Source of the DNA: a virus
DNA: 64,000 nucleotides
Reading direction: 5' to 3' (one strand)
IMG/VR virus record: IMGVR_UViG_3300015371_000002
Coordinates: 1 to 64,000 of that record
Below the pieces are notes generated by a model. That model saw nothing but the letters and a program-made list of their open reading frames with translations. It did no database searches and had not been told where the DNA came from. Positions 8,963-19,111 of this stretch are shown here, one piece after another. Position numbers and translations under genes: made by a program. The first letter of the stretch is position 1. Every line of letters starts with the position of its first letter.

Positions 8963-9763
8963 CTACACCCGCTCAGTTATCCGCGCGCGCCACGACCGGC
9001 GATCCGCGGCAGCATGAGGGAACCCGACATCAGAGGTGGCGAAGACGCGGCCATAGATCGCTTCCTGCGTCATCGTCTCAGATGTGACATCGGGCACGCA
9101 GAGAATATTGTTGCCGCGTCGGGCGGTGGATTGCAGCTCGGCAAGCTGGCCCATGACCTCACTTTGGCGAATGCCCATGAAGGCCAACTCGCCACGTCGT
9201 CGATCATAGCGAAACTTGGGATATTCCTGTCCGCCGCGCGATATGGTCTCGTCTATCCCCGCGTCGCCACCGAAGGTGGTCTCGTAAGCCAGGCCGGTGA
9301 GCGGCAGCCACGCTGGCCCAGCATAGACCAGCGGTATGTTAAGAAACCCATCCGTGTTGCCTGGATCATTGATGTCTATGCTGCACCAATCGGCTTTACG
9401 GTCGGTGTCTCCGATGAAGACCGCCTGGCCGAACCCCGGCTCTATTCCGTCGAACGACGCGTTCCATACGAACAGGCTAGGGTTGTTGTATAGCGTTACG
9501 GTGACGGTGGCGGATGAAGTTAGGTTGGTGCGACATAATGCCCACGCCCGCCAGAGCGACTGGGTGGTTGGGGGCACGATGTATAATGTGGCATGGGTCT
9601 GACCAGCGTCGGTCTGCCATGCGGTTGATGGGTCGCCGACTTCAATCTGAAGATTGGTGACAGGCAGCGCCTGGCCGCCCGCCTGCGCGACCAGCACCGA
9701 GGTCAAAACGTAGTTGTTCCAGGCGAGCGCTGTGTTGCCGCCGATGCCCGCGGTCGCTGGCAT
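8963..9763 (-). CDS. tail-tip/minor tail protein
   Basis: 266 aa; position after the hub; ETISRGGQEY...RRRGELAF pattern. Confidence 0.65.
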   Translation of the reverse strand: MPATAGIGGNTALAWNNYVLTSVLVAQAGGQALPVTNLQIEVGDPSTAWQTDAGQTHATLYIVPPTTQSLWRAWALCRTNLTSSATVTVTLYNNPSLFVWNASFDGIEPGFGQAVFIGDTDRKADWCSIDINDPGNTDGFLNIPLVYAGPAWLPLTGLAYETTFGGDAGIDETISRGGQEYPKFRYDRRRGELAFMGIRQSEVMGQLAELQSTARRGNNILCVPDVTSETMTQEAIYGRVFATSDVGFPHAAADRRSWRARITERV

Positions 9764-12700
9764 CAGACCAGCACCGTATACGTCACGGTCGCGTCCGTTG
9801 CGCGCAGCGAGTAGCCGACGACCTGAGTATTCTGCCCATTGGTCAGGTCCTCAACCGGGTATTTAATATGCAGCACATCACCGAACTCCCAGCCGAACTC
9901 CCGCCGTGGCAGAGTGATATTGTAGGTTCGCCGCTTCTGCCCCCACAGGGCTCCGTGCTCGAACGCGACCTCTGTCGCACCCACCTCGGTCAGCAATGGA
10001 CCATTCATTGGCTGAAAGTCGTTGGGGCGACGATAGGCGTTTAGGATAGTCGGGTCATACCATGTGGCGTAGCGGTCGGCAGATTGCACGTATTGCACGC
10101 GCGCGTCCGAGCCTGCCAACAAGGTGTTAATTGCGGTCATCACCGTATAATTGTGCAGATAGGAAACGCGAAACCGATAAGACGGCGGATCGAGCGTTGC
10201 CGGTAATGGGCGGCGCGTCAGACTGATGATATCAGTTTCATCATAGCTTGCGACGGGCGTCTCATCGCCGTTTAAGGCACGCAGCAAAGTCAATCTTAGG
10301 CGGCCGTCACGCGTCGGCACAAGATTGGCGCCCAATGAACTTAGGATGGCATCGATAGCCTGGATGCAGCTCCACGACTCATCGGTCCCGAAATACATTC
10401 CAGCGACATAGTTTGGGTGGGCTGTGACAGCTGTCGTGAAGCTATCGCCGTCGATCATCGATTCAGACAGTGTCATTTCCTCGAGGAGGAGATAGCGGCA
10501 GATGTCGAGTGCATTGGATACTTGGCCCGCAGTATGGAAATAGCCGATTGCATCAACGGTGATTTGCCCAACGGGAAGACTACCAAGTTGGAACAGGCCG
10601 CGTGAATTGTCGGTTCGATATTGTCCGATCGGCGCTGCGCCCCCCCATAAGTTCGTGGTATCCCCTGCATAGGAGATCCCGCCCGGACCGGAGCCGGCGG
10701 CTTCATACAAGGTGGTAATTACACCTGGTTCATCGGAATATTGGTAGATATACCCATTAGGATTCGGATCGATCAATGTTGGTGTTATGTTCTGCACCGG
10801 CGCGCTTTGCGTGCCCCCGCGCAACATAGGCTTCGGCTTGCCCTTAAGATCCGGCGTTCCGTCGGCCTGCCCCGTGCCACCGTATAGGTTGGTTGTCAGG
10901 GGTTTTTCCAACCAATATGAGGCATCGCGTAACGGCACTGATAGACCTTGATCTGTCAGCGCCCATGGCGTGGCAAGTCCGGAAAACAGCACTGCGAGCG
11001 AGGCATATGTTGGGTCGGTGAAATACTGCCGAGTGGCGTCCCAGCGCTTGCTTCCGCTCAGCAGCCTAACCGACCGCCCGTCGGAATTCTGCAAGCCGTT
11101 AAGATGGTCAAACCGCTGGTTGGGATTAGCAAGCACGACATTACCCCAAGCGGCGGATGCTGACGTGCGCGACGGCTCGAGCGTGAGCGCGGCATCGATC
11201 TGGTAGGCGTCAGATAACAACGGCGGATAAGCCACCACACCTCCCTGATCGCTCGGCGATGAGCGATAACCTAGATCAGAGGCGACGATGAACTCGGTAT
11301 TTTCTAACAAGGTCGGCGGCAAGCGAGACAACGTGCCGTGCGCGCGTGTGCCGTGGGCGTAGGTTGCCACGACCGGCACGGATCCTGGCGTGAATGTCTC
11401 CAGCTCGAAGGCGACGAAGTCAGGCTCCATACCAGCGGCGATACCCGGACGTAGTCTTACCTTCCTACGAACGTGCGGTTTGGCAATAAGCGTCCCATTG
11501 CCGATGATCTTGCAGCGGGAGCTGCCTTTGAAGGTCAGGTTGCTGACGCGCAGCGTCCCAGAACCAGCAAGGATCGCCATCTTCGGCGGAGCGGCAGTGC
11601 GTATCGGCGTCGCGATAATGGTGCCGACGCCCCTTCCAGCATAGCGGCCGTGATTAAACGGCTCCAGCACGAAAGGATCAGTAAGCAGCGCGCCACTGCC
11701 TTGTGCCGCGCCACGCACGGAATAGCGGACGCCGGGTCTGGCAATGATGTTGGCGTCGCCATCGATCTTGAGTGACGACCGCCGTAGCACGCGCGAGGGG
11801 ACGGCGGCCAATGCGCCAACCCCGCCGAAGTCGACGTGGGGTGCTGTGGTGAGTGCATTAGCGGTCAACCCGCCGCTCCCACGGATGATCGCCGTGGCTG
11901 GTTTCACCGCCCTTGCCGAGGCGTGGAAAAAACTGTCGCCTCTGATGACGGTGTTGGCGTCGACCGGTGTCGAGGCCTGGAAAACCACCGCGGTAGCCCG
12001 TAGCCTGCCAGCGCCAGGGATTTGCACCAGCACGCCTATAGCTACTCCGCTACCGAAGCTATCGTCGAACACCGGATCCCACGCATCGCCGCTCTCTGGC
12101 GGGGCGGGGATCACCGACGGGGTGAGCCAACGCTCTGATAAGCGGGTTTTCAGCACCGCATAGGGACGCCGCGCGTGGGCCGCGACCTCGTTGGCTGCCA
12201 GCGCCCGCGTCCAATAGAACACGTCCGCGGCGGGCCACGGCCACTCAATGCCAGACGTCACATCCGAGCCGAACACCGAGCGCAAGGTGAAACCGGCAAA
12301 CGCCTGGGTTGTCGTGCCGATCCAAGTCGTGCCGCCATCGATGTAGAGCGTAGCGGTGGAACCGGTGACGGTGACCGTAACGCGATGCCAGCCGGTCAGC
12401 GACGAGGCGACCAGCGGTTGGCCGGCTGAGAGAAACGCATTCTCGGCTGGCACGCGGGTGCGAAAGGTGCCCGCGGCAACCGACACGTATAGCGGCATGC
12501 GCCCGGTGTCGTCGCCTGCCAACCCGGCACCGATTGAGTTGAAGCTACCTGCCTGTGGCCCTATGCCGGAAAACCGCACCATGGCCGACAGGGTGAACGC
12601 GCTTGTGACGGTATCCTTGGGGGCCAGCGTAAGACACGGTGTGTTCGCCGGCCCTGTGGTGCCGCTGAGCGAACTGCGGGCCTGCGCGCCATTCGGACCA

Positions 12701-12891
12701 CGGGAGATGGTAATGGTGCCGCGGCGGGCGTTCCTACGGGCCGGAAGCGCGGTGTCCGTCAGTCGGCTGTCTTCGAACAGCAGCACTGTGCGCAGGAAGT
12801 TGCCGAGCGGGTGGCTGAGGTCAACGGAAATCGGACCGTGCGGTTTGCCGGGGCTCTGCCTTGCGGCCCGTTCAAACGGCGGCTGCGCCAT
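9763..12891 (-). CDS. tail-tip hub-like protein with N-terminal LamG-like domain and ~9 copies of the 20-aa repeat
   Basis: WHRVTVTVTGSTATLYIDG...WTRALAANEV (LamG-like); LYGGTGQADGTPDLKGKPKP...NITPTLID region. Confidence 0.7.
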   Translation of the reverse strand: MAQPPFERAARQSPGKPHGPISVDLSHPLGNFLRTVLLFEDSRLTDTALPARRNARRGTITISRGPNGAQARSSLSGTTGPANTPCLTLAPKDTVTSAFTLSAMVRFSGIGPQAGSFNSIGAGLAGDDTGRMPLYVSVAAGTFRTRVPAENAFLSAGQPLVASSLTGWHRVTVTVTGSTATLYIDGGTTWIGTTTQAFAGFTLRSVFGSDVTSGIEWPWPAADVFYWTRALAANEVAAHARRPYAVLKTRLSERWLTPSVIPAPPESGDAWDPVFDDSFGSGVAIGVLVQIPGAGRLRATAVVFQASTPVDANTVIRGDSFFHASARAVKPATAIIRGSGGLTANALTTAPHVDFGGVGALAAVPSRVLRRSSLKIDGDANIIARPGVRYSVRGAAQGSGALLTDPFVLEPFNHGRYAGRGVGTIIATPIRTAAPPKMAILAGSGTLRVSNLTFKGSSRCKIIGNGTLIAKPHVRRKVRLRPGIAAGMEPDFVAFELETFTPGSVPVVATYAHGTRAHGTLSRLPPTLLENTEFIVASDLGYRSSPSDQGGVVAYPPLLSDAYQIDAALTLEPSRTSASAAWGNVVLANPNQRFDHLNGLQNSDGRSVRLLSGSKRWDATRQYFTDPTYASLAVLFSGLATPWALTDQGLSVPLRDASYWLEKPLTTNLYGGTGQADGTPDLKGKPKPMLRGGTQSAPVQNITPTLIDPNPNGYIYQYSDEPGVITTLYEAAGSGPGGISYAGDTTNLWGGAAPIGQYRTDNSRGLFQLGSLPVGQITVDAIGYFHTAGQVSNALDICRYLLLEEMTLSESMIDGDSFTTAVTAHPNYVAGMYFGTDESWSCIQAIDAILSSLGANLVPTRDGRLRLTLLRALNGDETPVASYDETDIISLTRRPLPATLDPPSYRFRVSYLHNYTVMTAINTLLAGSDARVQYVQSADRYATWYDPTILNAYRRPNDFQPMNGPLLTEVGATEVAFEHGALWGQKRRTYNITLPRREFGWEFGDVLHIKYPVEDLTNGQNTQVVGYSLRATDATVTYTVLV

Positions 12892-12893
12892 GG

Positions 12894-13334
12894 CTACACA
12901 GCGGTTTCGGTGTAGGAGGCGATACGCACGAGGCTAGCGGCTGGGATCGACACGCCGAGGCGATTGCGGGCCAACGCCTTGAAGTGGCCTGGCGGTAGAA
13001 CTAGCTGGGCGCCACCGGCGCGCGGAATGATCGATGTTCCGGTGCGCACCGCGATCGTCAGATCAGCGTCACGCGATGGAATGAACCCCGCAGCACCATC
13101 CTCGAACGACACCCCGCCATCGATCGAGCGCAACACCCAGATATCCAGCATAGCGTTGGCGCCAGGGGAGAACGCCGCCCCGGCAACAAACTCGACATCG
13201 CAGTAGAGCGATCCACCGGTATTAATGATGTCGTCGCCTGGCGCGCTGATCCCGGTGTTGGCTAAGCCTGCCAACACGCTGGCATTGAGCAGCACAACCG
13301 GCAGTTCATAGGCGCCCCAGCGAACGATCGTCAT
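12894..13334 (-). CDS. 146-aa structural protein, paralogue of the N-terminus of the 1880-aa protein
   Basis: Shares WVLRSIDGGVSFEDG...LPPGHFK...RN motifs with 13331..18973. Confidence 0.75.
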   Translation of the reverse strand: MTIVRWGAYELPVVLLNASVLAGLANTGISAPGDDIINTGGSLYCDVEFVAGAAFSPGANAMLDIWVLRSIDGGVSFEDGAAGFIPSRDADLTIAVRTGTSIIPRAGGAQLVLPPGHFKALARNRLGVSIPAASLVRIASYTETAV

Positions 13335-16300
13335 GCCAGTGTTCCCGTCAGGATAACCACGGTCTCCGAAGCGACGGAGATCGAGGCGAGGCTGGCCTGG
13401 GTGCCAGTCACTGGGGTCGGCGAGACCGGCCCACCGGGTGATGACTTGCCGATTTCCCAGCGTGATATGGTGCCTGTCGGCACACCGCCCGCGCTCACCG
13501 AGAGGTTGACGGTGCGTGACGCCGACAGATCGTAGTTAAGCAGCATGATGGCGAACGTCGTCGCGGTCGGCTTTACCGCCAGGATCACCAAGTTGGCGAT
13601 AGAACTCGAGACAGTGTATTCCGCGCCAAACAGCGACTGGCCGGCCTTGCCTAGGAAATACCCAGCAGCCGTTACCGCTGTAAGGCTACTGCCCTGCTGA
13701 ACACTGCCAATACAGCCCTCGTCCACATATCTGACGATGTTTTGCCAGTTGCAGAACTCCATGCCGGTGCCGTTCTTGAACACGCCATATGTGTAGGCTG
13801 CGGCGTAGATCGCTCCGTGGTATTGCCCGGTCTCGGCGAGTGTATTGCTATGGTTATCGTTCTCTCCAAGATTATATTCGATGACGCCGAACGGCTTGTT
13901 GGCCAATGGTGTGCCAGATAGTGCTGAGCGCTGGACGCTGTTGTCCGTGGTGTTAACGCCGAATTGCCCGTAAAGCGTGTTCAACGGTGTGGTTAGATTA
14001 TTGTTTGGGCCGCCGCCGTGATAGGCCATCCAGATCACGCCATTGCACCGATTGGCCATATTGGACACGTTGGCGAACGTCGAATTGGCATAAACCGCCG
14101 GATCCCACTGCGGTGGTCCCCAGACACGATAGGCTGAATTGACGTTGTGCAGCGCGTCAGCAATAGCGGTAAAGTATGGCGTCATCGTCGCCTGTGACAC
14201 GCCATCGATATTCCACATATTTCCGGCGCTGAAGTCCATAATGTCGGAGTAGCCGTTGTTCGCCAGATAGCTGGCAAAATTCGCCGCCCGCGACGCCACA
14301 ACAGAAGGTGAGTCCGTCGGTGTCAGAGAGCCGGCGACGCCCATGATGACGCGCACGCCGGTCTGACAGAACGAGCGGTAGTTACCCAACAGCGCATTGA
14401 TGGTTCCCATATTGCCGTTGGCGTAGTCGGTGTCGAGGTTCCAGTCCGTGTTGAACCATAGGCACGCGGGTTTCAGCCACGTGTTGGCGGTGTTGCGGAA
14501 TGTTGCGTTGCTGAAGAACTGGCCGCCATAGATGCTGCAAGAAAAGCCCCACATCGTCTTGAGCAGGGTTTTCCCAGTAGGCGCCGAGAAGTTCACAGTG
14601 GTGTTGCTTGAGGTCGTCGCCTGAATGGTGAACGCTCTGACCATCGGTGACGCGGACGCGCCTGACTGGGTCGCGGTGATGTTGATCGGGTAATTGCCGG
14701 CGGCCAGCGTGGTGGCCAATTGCAGTGAAGAACCGACAAAGCGGAAGTGCGTCGTATCGTTGACCGAGAGCGTGCCTGAGAAGGTGCCGCCGGTTGCTTG
14801 GACAGCGACATTGCCAATCGGTGTGCCAGCACCGGATCCCGCCACCACGGTGGTGCCAGAGAGCGTAATGCCGGTCAGCGTCATCGCTCCGGCGGGGACA
14901 ATGTTGAACGTGTTTGACGTCGCTTGGATGGCAGTATTTGCTGCAAGCCGAACGCTGACCGATGACGTTCCACCACTGCCGCCGCCACCTTGGCTCGGTA
15001 GAGCGACGCCGACGCGAAGGTTCTGGCTATCGTCCCTTTGCCAGACGGACACTGTGTAAATCGTGCACGGATTTTCGTCGTTCGTGCCAATCATCAACTT
15101 GAAGCGAAGAGCGTCCATCGGGGACCATGGATCGACATCTCGCGTTTCGGCCCATCCGCGGCTAACGTCGTATAGGTTCCAGGTGTAGGTATTCCCGAGC
15201 TGCACACCATCGATGTAATTCTTGATGTAGCCTTGCGTGCTTCCTGTTGCAGGCACCCAGAGCCACGAATATTTATGCCGCTGCCTCAGGTCGGAGGGCG
15301 GGGTCATGCCGCCGGGCTGGCCATTATCCAGCGATGTCCACATATGGCCGGGTTGGTCCCACAGGATGATGCCGGCGTTGATCGTGCCGCCTTGGCTGGG
15401 AATTTGGTCCAAGAATTCCGCCGCATCATATTCGATGCCGATTCCCTCCGGCAGAAAACCGGGGGTGTCGTTAAACGCGTCTTCGATATTATTGGCCCAC
15501 CATGCGGGCCAGCCGCTCCCCGTCTGCGACGAGGAGTTGTTCTGGAACGCCATATCGATTTCAAAATAGCCGCCGCCGCCGAATGCGCTGCCATGGAAAT
15601 TCGTTCCATTCGGGCTGCAAGTGCGCACATGGTCGTTCGCGCCATAGCCAGCCCCCTGGGGACCAGGGTCAGTCATGGATCCGTTGGCGTTTTGAAATAC
15701 GCTGTAGCCGGGCTGCACGAACCAATTGCTGTTCAGCGTTGGCAGCGGCCCGAGGGTGCGCATGTTGTAGCCTTGCGCAGCCGCGAGTGGAGGCGCTCCT
15801 GCGGAAGTTGTCGTCATCGCCGGATGGGTAAAACTGAACGCCGTCGTCGAGACCGACGCCCCGGCCGGCAGCGCTACCCATGCACCAGCGCCATCGCGGT
15901 ATTGCAGTGCTGGAGGTGTGGCCTGTCCCTGCAGCGTGCCACTCACGCCAAATGTTTGGCCCTCGATGACCTGCGGGATGTTGGCGATCGTAATGGCGGG
16001 ATTGACTGGGCGCGGGTCGTGCACGTCGATCCAGCCGGAGCCGTTCCATTGCCACCAACCAGGATTATCGCCGAGCGTGTTAGGGGTGGATTCCTGGCGA
16101 TACAGGAAGTGTGAGGCGTAGTAGATAGCGACGACGTTACTGGACGAACCGTCTGGCGAGCCGTTGCGGTTCAATGTGCGGCTCGAAGTTATAGCCCATT
16201 GGTCAAGAACGATGCCGCCTACCTGGCCTGGCGTCAGTGATGCATAGATGATCGTTCCTGCGGTGGTGACATAGGTGCCGCTGGTCGTCTCGGTCGGTGC

Positions 16301-18973
16301 CGCTGGGATCGGATTAGATGTATCGGTCCAGTCGAACATTCCAGGCCCTGTCCAGACATACCACGCCGGACTGCCGAGCGAATTGGAACCGATCGTGCGC
16401 TCGTAGATCTGATGATTGTGGTAGTAGAGCAGATCGACGCCCCAGCTTTCGGTATCCAGGGTGCCATCGAAGGTCATCTGGAAAACTGGATTGTCAGGTT
16501 GCGTGCCCTGGACGAGCGCAAAGACATGCACCGTGCTCGATGCCGTGCCTGGGGTTACCGAGGCATTGATCGTCGGCCCGATGCTTGAGACTTGTGTGCC
16601 TTCGGGTGATTCCACGGTGCCGAACGGATTTGCCACTGCGACCCACGTCGCGCCGTTCCAAGTCGACCAACCAGGCGTGCCAAAGGCGTTTCCCGCGGTC
16701 TGCTGGATATATACCGTATGATTATGATAGTAGGCCTGCATGACGTTTGCCGTGCCGGCATCGGCGACGCCATTTCGCACCATCTGCGCGCTGGAGTTGA
16801 TGGTGAACTGGTCAAGCGAGGCGCCTGCAGGAGAGCCAGGGGTCTGCGATGCAAATATCGTCGTTCCAGGCCCAGTAATCGTCAGGCCCTCTGGGCTTTC
16901 ACTCAAGACGATGCGCGGGTCGCCTGGAACTGTTACCCAAGTGCTGCCTGACCAAACCGCCCAGGAGTTGGTCGATGTCTGCCAATAAACGGCATGATCG
17001 TGATAGAGAAGCAGGACGATATTGGATCCGTCGGTCTGCCCCGCGTGATTGACCTGGAAGCCGTTGGGCGGATTGTTGATCAGCGTATAGGCAACGCCAG
17101 CCGCGTCATAAATCGCCCCAGTTGCCGTGGTCAGGGTGGTGTCCTGCGCACTTTCGGTGGGAATAATCGATCCCTGTGGGGATATGACAAACAGATGCAC
17201 CGACGCGGTCAGCGAGAAGTTCAGCGTGGCGATGTTGGTCAACGTCGCAACCGGAGTCTCCGCGGTCGTCGCATCGGTGGTCAGATCATAATGCACGACC
17301 CGCGCCATAGATCGGATGAAACTGACCGTAATGGTGGCGCCGCTGCCGAGTATCGGCCGCTGCTCGTTCCAGATGAACAGGAAAAATGTGCCGCCTGAAT
17401 TCTGATACAGACGATGGTGACCGCCGGTCCATGGCGTCGCATTGGACCCTGGCGCCTGCAGGCCCGTGATCGTGTAGTCTAACTTCGATGGCCGGAAGGT
17501 GCGTTTCTTGGATCCGCTATCTCCGGTCAGCGCATACATCGCACGGATGGTGCGCGCAGGCAGCCGCGGTGTGTCGCTGCCGCTATTGGGAAACAGGCCG
17601 ACGCGCACAAACGGACTGTCACCACTCTGGCCGATATCGAACAGAGATTTGTAGAACCACGCCTCGTAGCCGAGCCGATGAAAGTTCAATATGCCGAGCG
17701 CGGCATAGAGCGCGCCAAAGCTATCGTCGGTGGCATGGCTTGGGCTGTCAGTATTCCCCGAGGTCGGATGCCACTCACCAAGGATTAGTGGCTTGCCGAA
17801 GTAGACACCGTGGCCCAGCGCTACGTCATCAGCATTGCCACCGCGGCTGGAACTGTCGTCCGCCTCTGGATCAAGCGTTGGGAAGAACCGCACCGAGGCG
17901 AGCGAGGATGATGCCAGCAGATCAGACTTTTGCTGCGTGGTGAGATAGCTGGCGATTGCCGTCGAGGTCTCAGGAGGCAGCGTATTGTATGTATACGACG
18001 GACTGGCGACGGTGACAGGGTTCGTCCTATCTCGGGTCGCTGCAACGCCGTTATACAGCGTTTGCTGCACCGTGACGCAGTTCGCCGCGGAGACGCTGCC
18101 GTCGTTTGGCGTGTTCAAACCTTCGGCCCAGGCCATCCAGCCCGTGCCGTCGGCCGATGAAACTGCCATTGCTGCGAGCGATGTCGCATCGGCGGCGACT
18201 GCACCGCGCAGTAAAGAAACGGAAAACTTACTGCCGGTGGAGGCAGCGACGGTCGGGCACCAGGACAGCTGATTTGAGCCGCCGCCGGTGTCGCGGCCAG
18301 CAACGTGGTATTCTCGAATGTTGCAGCGCATGCCGCTATTGGCGGTCAGGTAGGTAAGCGCCTGGATCACCGAGTCTGTGGTGTAGTTGCTGACCCCGGC
18401 TCCCCACGGATTGGTCCCGGCAACTGACTGCGAATAGGTGACGACGCCGAAGCGCTCCATCATGTCGGCAATGCGCAGCGCGGTGGTGCCTGTGGCATCA
18501 CCGGCCAAAACCGCGCTATCGGCCCCAGAGCCCTCGGAATAGACGGCAAAGCGCACCGAGGAACCGGACGGAATGGCGACGCCCATTTGATTGCGTAGGG
18601 CAACCTTGAATGTCCCCGGCGGCAGCATGACGCCTGGATATCCCGCGTGCGGGGTTATGCTCGTGCCGGTATTGATTTCGATGGTCGCATCCGGACCGCG
18701 CGCGGGAGCGACCGTGGAGGAACCGTCTTCGAACGTCAGGCCGCCGTCGAGTGAACGGAGGATCCATACCTCAAGGAACGCATCAACGCCGGGGGAACAT
18801 GTCCCACCGGCGATAAACTCCAAGTCGGCCCAGACCGCGCCTTGCGAGTTGGCGAACGGCGCCGAGACCGCCAACACATCGCCAGATGACGATGCGAGGC
18901 CGGTTAATTCAGTCGATAGTGCGGTAACTGGTGCGGTTAAATAGCTGCCGCTGCCGGCCCAACCATATTCCAA
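13331..18973 (-). CDS. 1880-aa multidomain glycan-binding/glycoside-hydrolase-like virion protein
   Basis: N-terminal adaptor, GH-A-like barrel, four ~95-aa Trp-rich repeats, GH16-like domain (WPAWW...EYDAAE), Ig/cadherin-like segment, second GH-A-like barrel. Confidence 0.75.
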   Translation of the reverse strand: MEYGWAGSGSYLTAPVTALSTELTGLASSSGDVLAVSAPFANSQGAVWADLEFIAGGTCSPGVDAFLEVWILRSLDGGLTFEDGSSTVAPARGPDATIEINTGTSITPHAGYPGVMLPPGTFKVALRNQMGVAIPSGSSVRFAVYSEGSGADSAVLAGDATGTTALRIADMMERFGVVTYSQSVAGTNPWGAGVSNYTTDSVIQALTYLTANSGMRCNIREYHVAGRDTGGGSNQLSWCPTVAASTGSKFSVSLLRGAVAADATSLAAMAVSSADGTGWMAWAEGLNTPNDGSVSAANCVTVQQTLYNGVAATRDRTNPVTVASPSYTYNTLPPETSTAIASYLTTQQKSDLLASSSLASVRFFPTLDPEADDSSSRGGNADDVALGHGVYFGKPLILGEWHPTSGNTDSPSHATDDSFGALYAALGILNFHRLGYEAWFYKSLFDIGQSGDSPFVRVGLFPNSGSDTPRLPARTIRAMYALTGDSGSKKRTFRPSKLDYTITGLQAPGSNATPWTGGHHRLYQNSGGTFFLFIWNEQRPILGSGATITVSFIRSMARVVHYDLTTDATTAETPVATLTNIATLNFSLTASVHLFVISPQGSIIPTESAQDTTLTTATGAIYDAAGVAYTLINNPPNGFQVNHAGQTDGSNIVLLLYHDHAVYWQTSTNSWAVWSGSTWVTVPGDPRIVLSESPEGLTITGPGTTIFASQTPGSPAGASLDQFTINSSAQMVRNGVADAGTANVMQAYYHNHTVYIQQTAGNAFGTPGWSTWNGATWVAVANPFGTVESPEGTQVSSIGPTINASVTPGTASSTVHVFALVQGTQPDNPVFQMTFDGTLDTESWGVDLLYYHNHQIYERTIGSNSLGSPAWYVWTGPGMFDWTDTSNPIPAAPTETTSGTYVTTAGTIIYASLTPGQVGGIVLDQWAITSSRTLNRNGSPDGSSSNVVAIYYASHFLYRQESTPNTLGDNPGWWQWNGSGWIDVHDPRPVNPAITIANIPQVIEGQTFGVSGTLQGQATPPALQYRDGAGAWVALPAGASVSTTAFSFTHPAMTTTSAGAPPLAAAQGYNMRTLGPLPTLNSNWFVQPGYSVFQNANGSMTDPGPQGAGYGANDHVRTCSPNGTNFHGSAFGGGGYFEIDMAFQNNSSSQTGSGWPAWWANNIEDAFNDTPGFLPEGIGIEYDAAEFLDQIPSQGGTINAGIILWDQPGHMWTSLDNGQPGGMTPPSDLRQRHKYSWLWVPATGSTQGYIKNYIDGVQLGNTYTWNLYDVSRGWAETRDVDPWSPMDALRFKLMIGTNDENPCTIYTVSVWQRDDSQNLRVGVALPSQGGGGSGGTSSVSVRLAANTAIQATSNTFNIVPAGAMTLTGITLSGTTVVAGSGAGTPIGNVAVQATGGTFSGTLSVNDTTHFRFVGSSLQLATTLAAGNYPINITATQSGASASPMVRAFTIQATTSSNTTVNFSAPTGKTLLKTMWGFSCSIYGGQFFSNATFRNTANTWLKPACLWFNTDWNLDTDYANGNMGTINALLGNYRSFCQTGVRVIMGVAGSLTPTDSPSVVASRAANFASYLANNGYSDIMDFSAGNMWNIDGVSQATMTPYFTAIADALHNVNSAYRVWGPPQWDPAVYANSTFANVSNMANRCNGVIWMAYHGGGPNNNLTTPLNTLYGQFGVNTTDNSVQRSALSGTPLANKPFGVIEYNLGENDNHSNTLAETGQYHGAIYAAAYTYGVFKNGTGMEFCNWQNIVRYVDEGCIGSVQQGSSLTAVTAAGYFLGKAGQSLFGAEYTVSSSIANLVILAVKPTATTFAIMLLNYDLSASRTVNLSVSAGGVPTGTISRWEIGKSSPGGPVSPTPVTGTQASLASISVASETVVILTGTLA

Positions 18974-19111
18974 TGGTGTGCCCTTTCATTATTGATCTCA
19001 ATCGATTGGTCGGGGAGGCCGCTATGCTTCGCTACGGAAGCAGCCGCACGTCACTGAATTGTTGTGCAACGCATAACAATTATGCTAGAGATCCTCCAAC
19101 AGGAGGGAACA

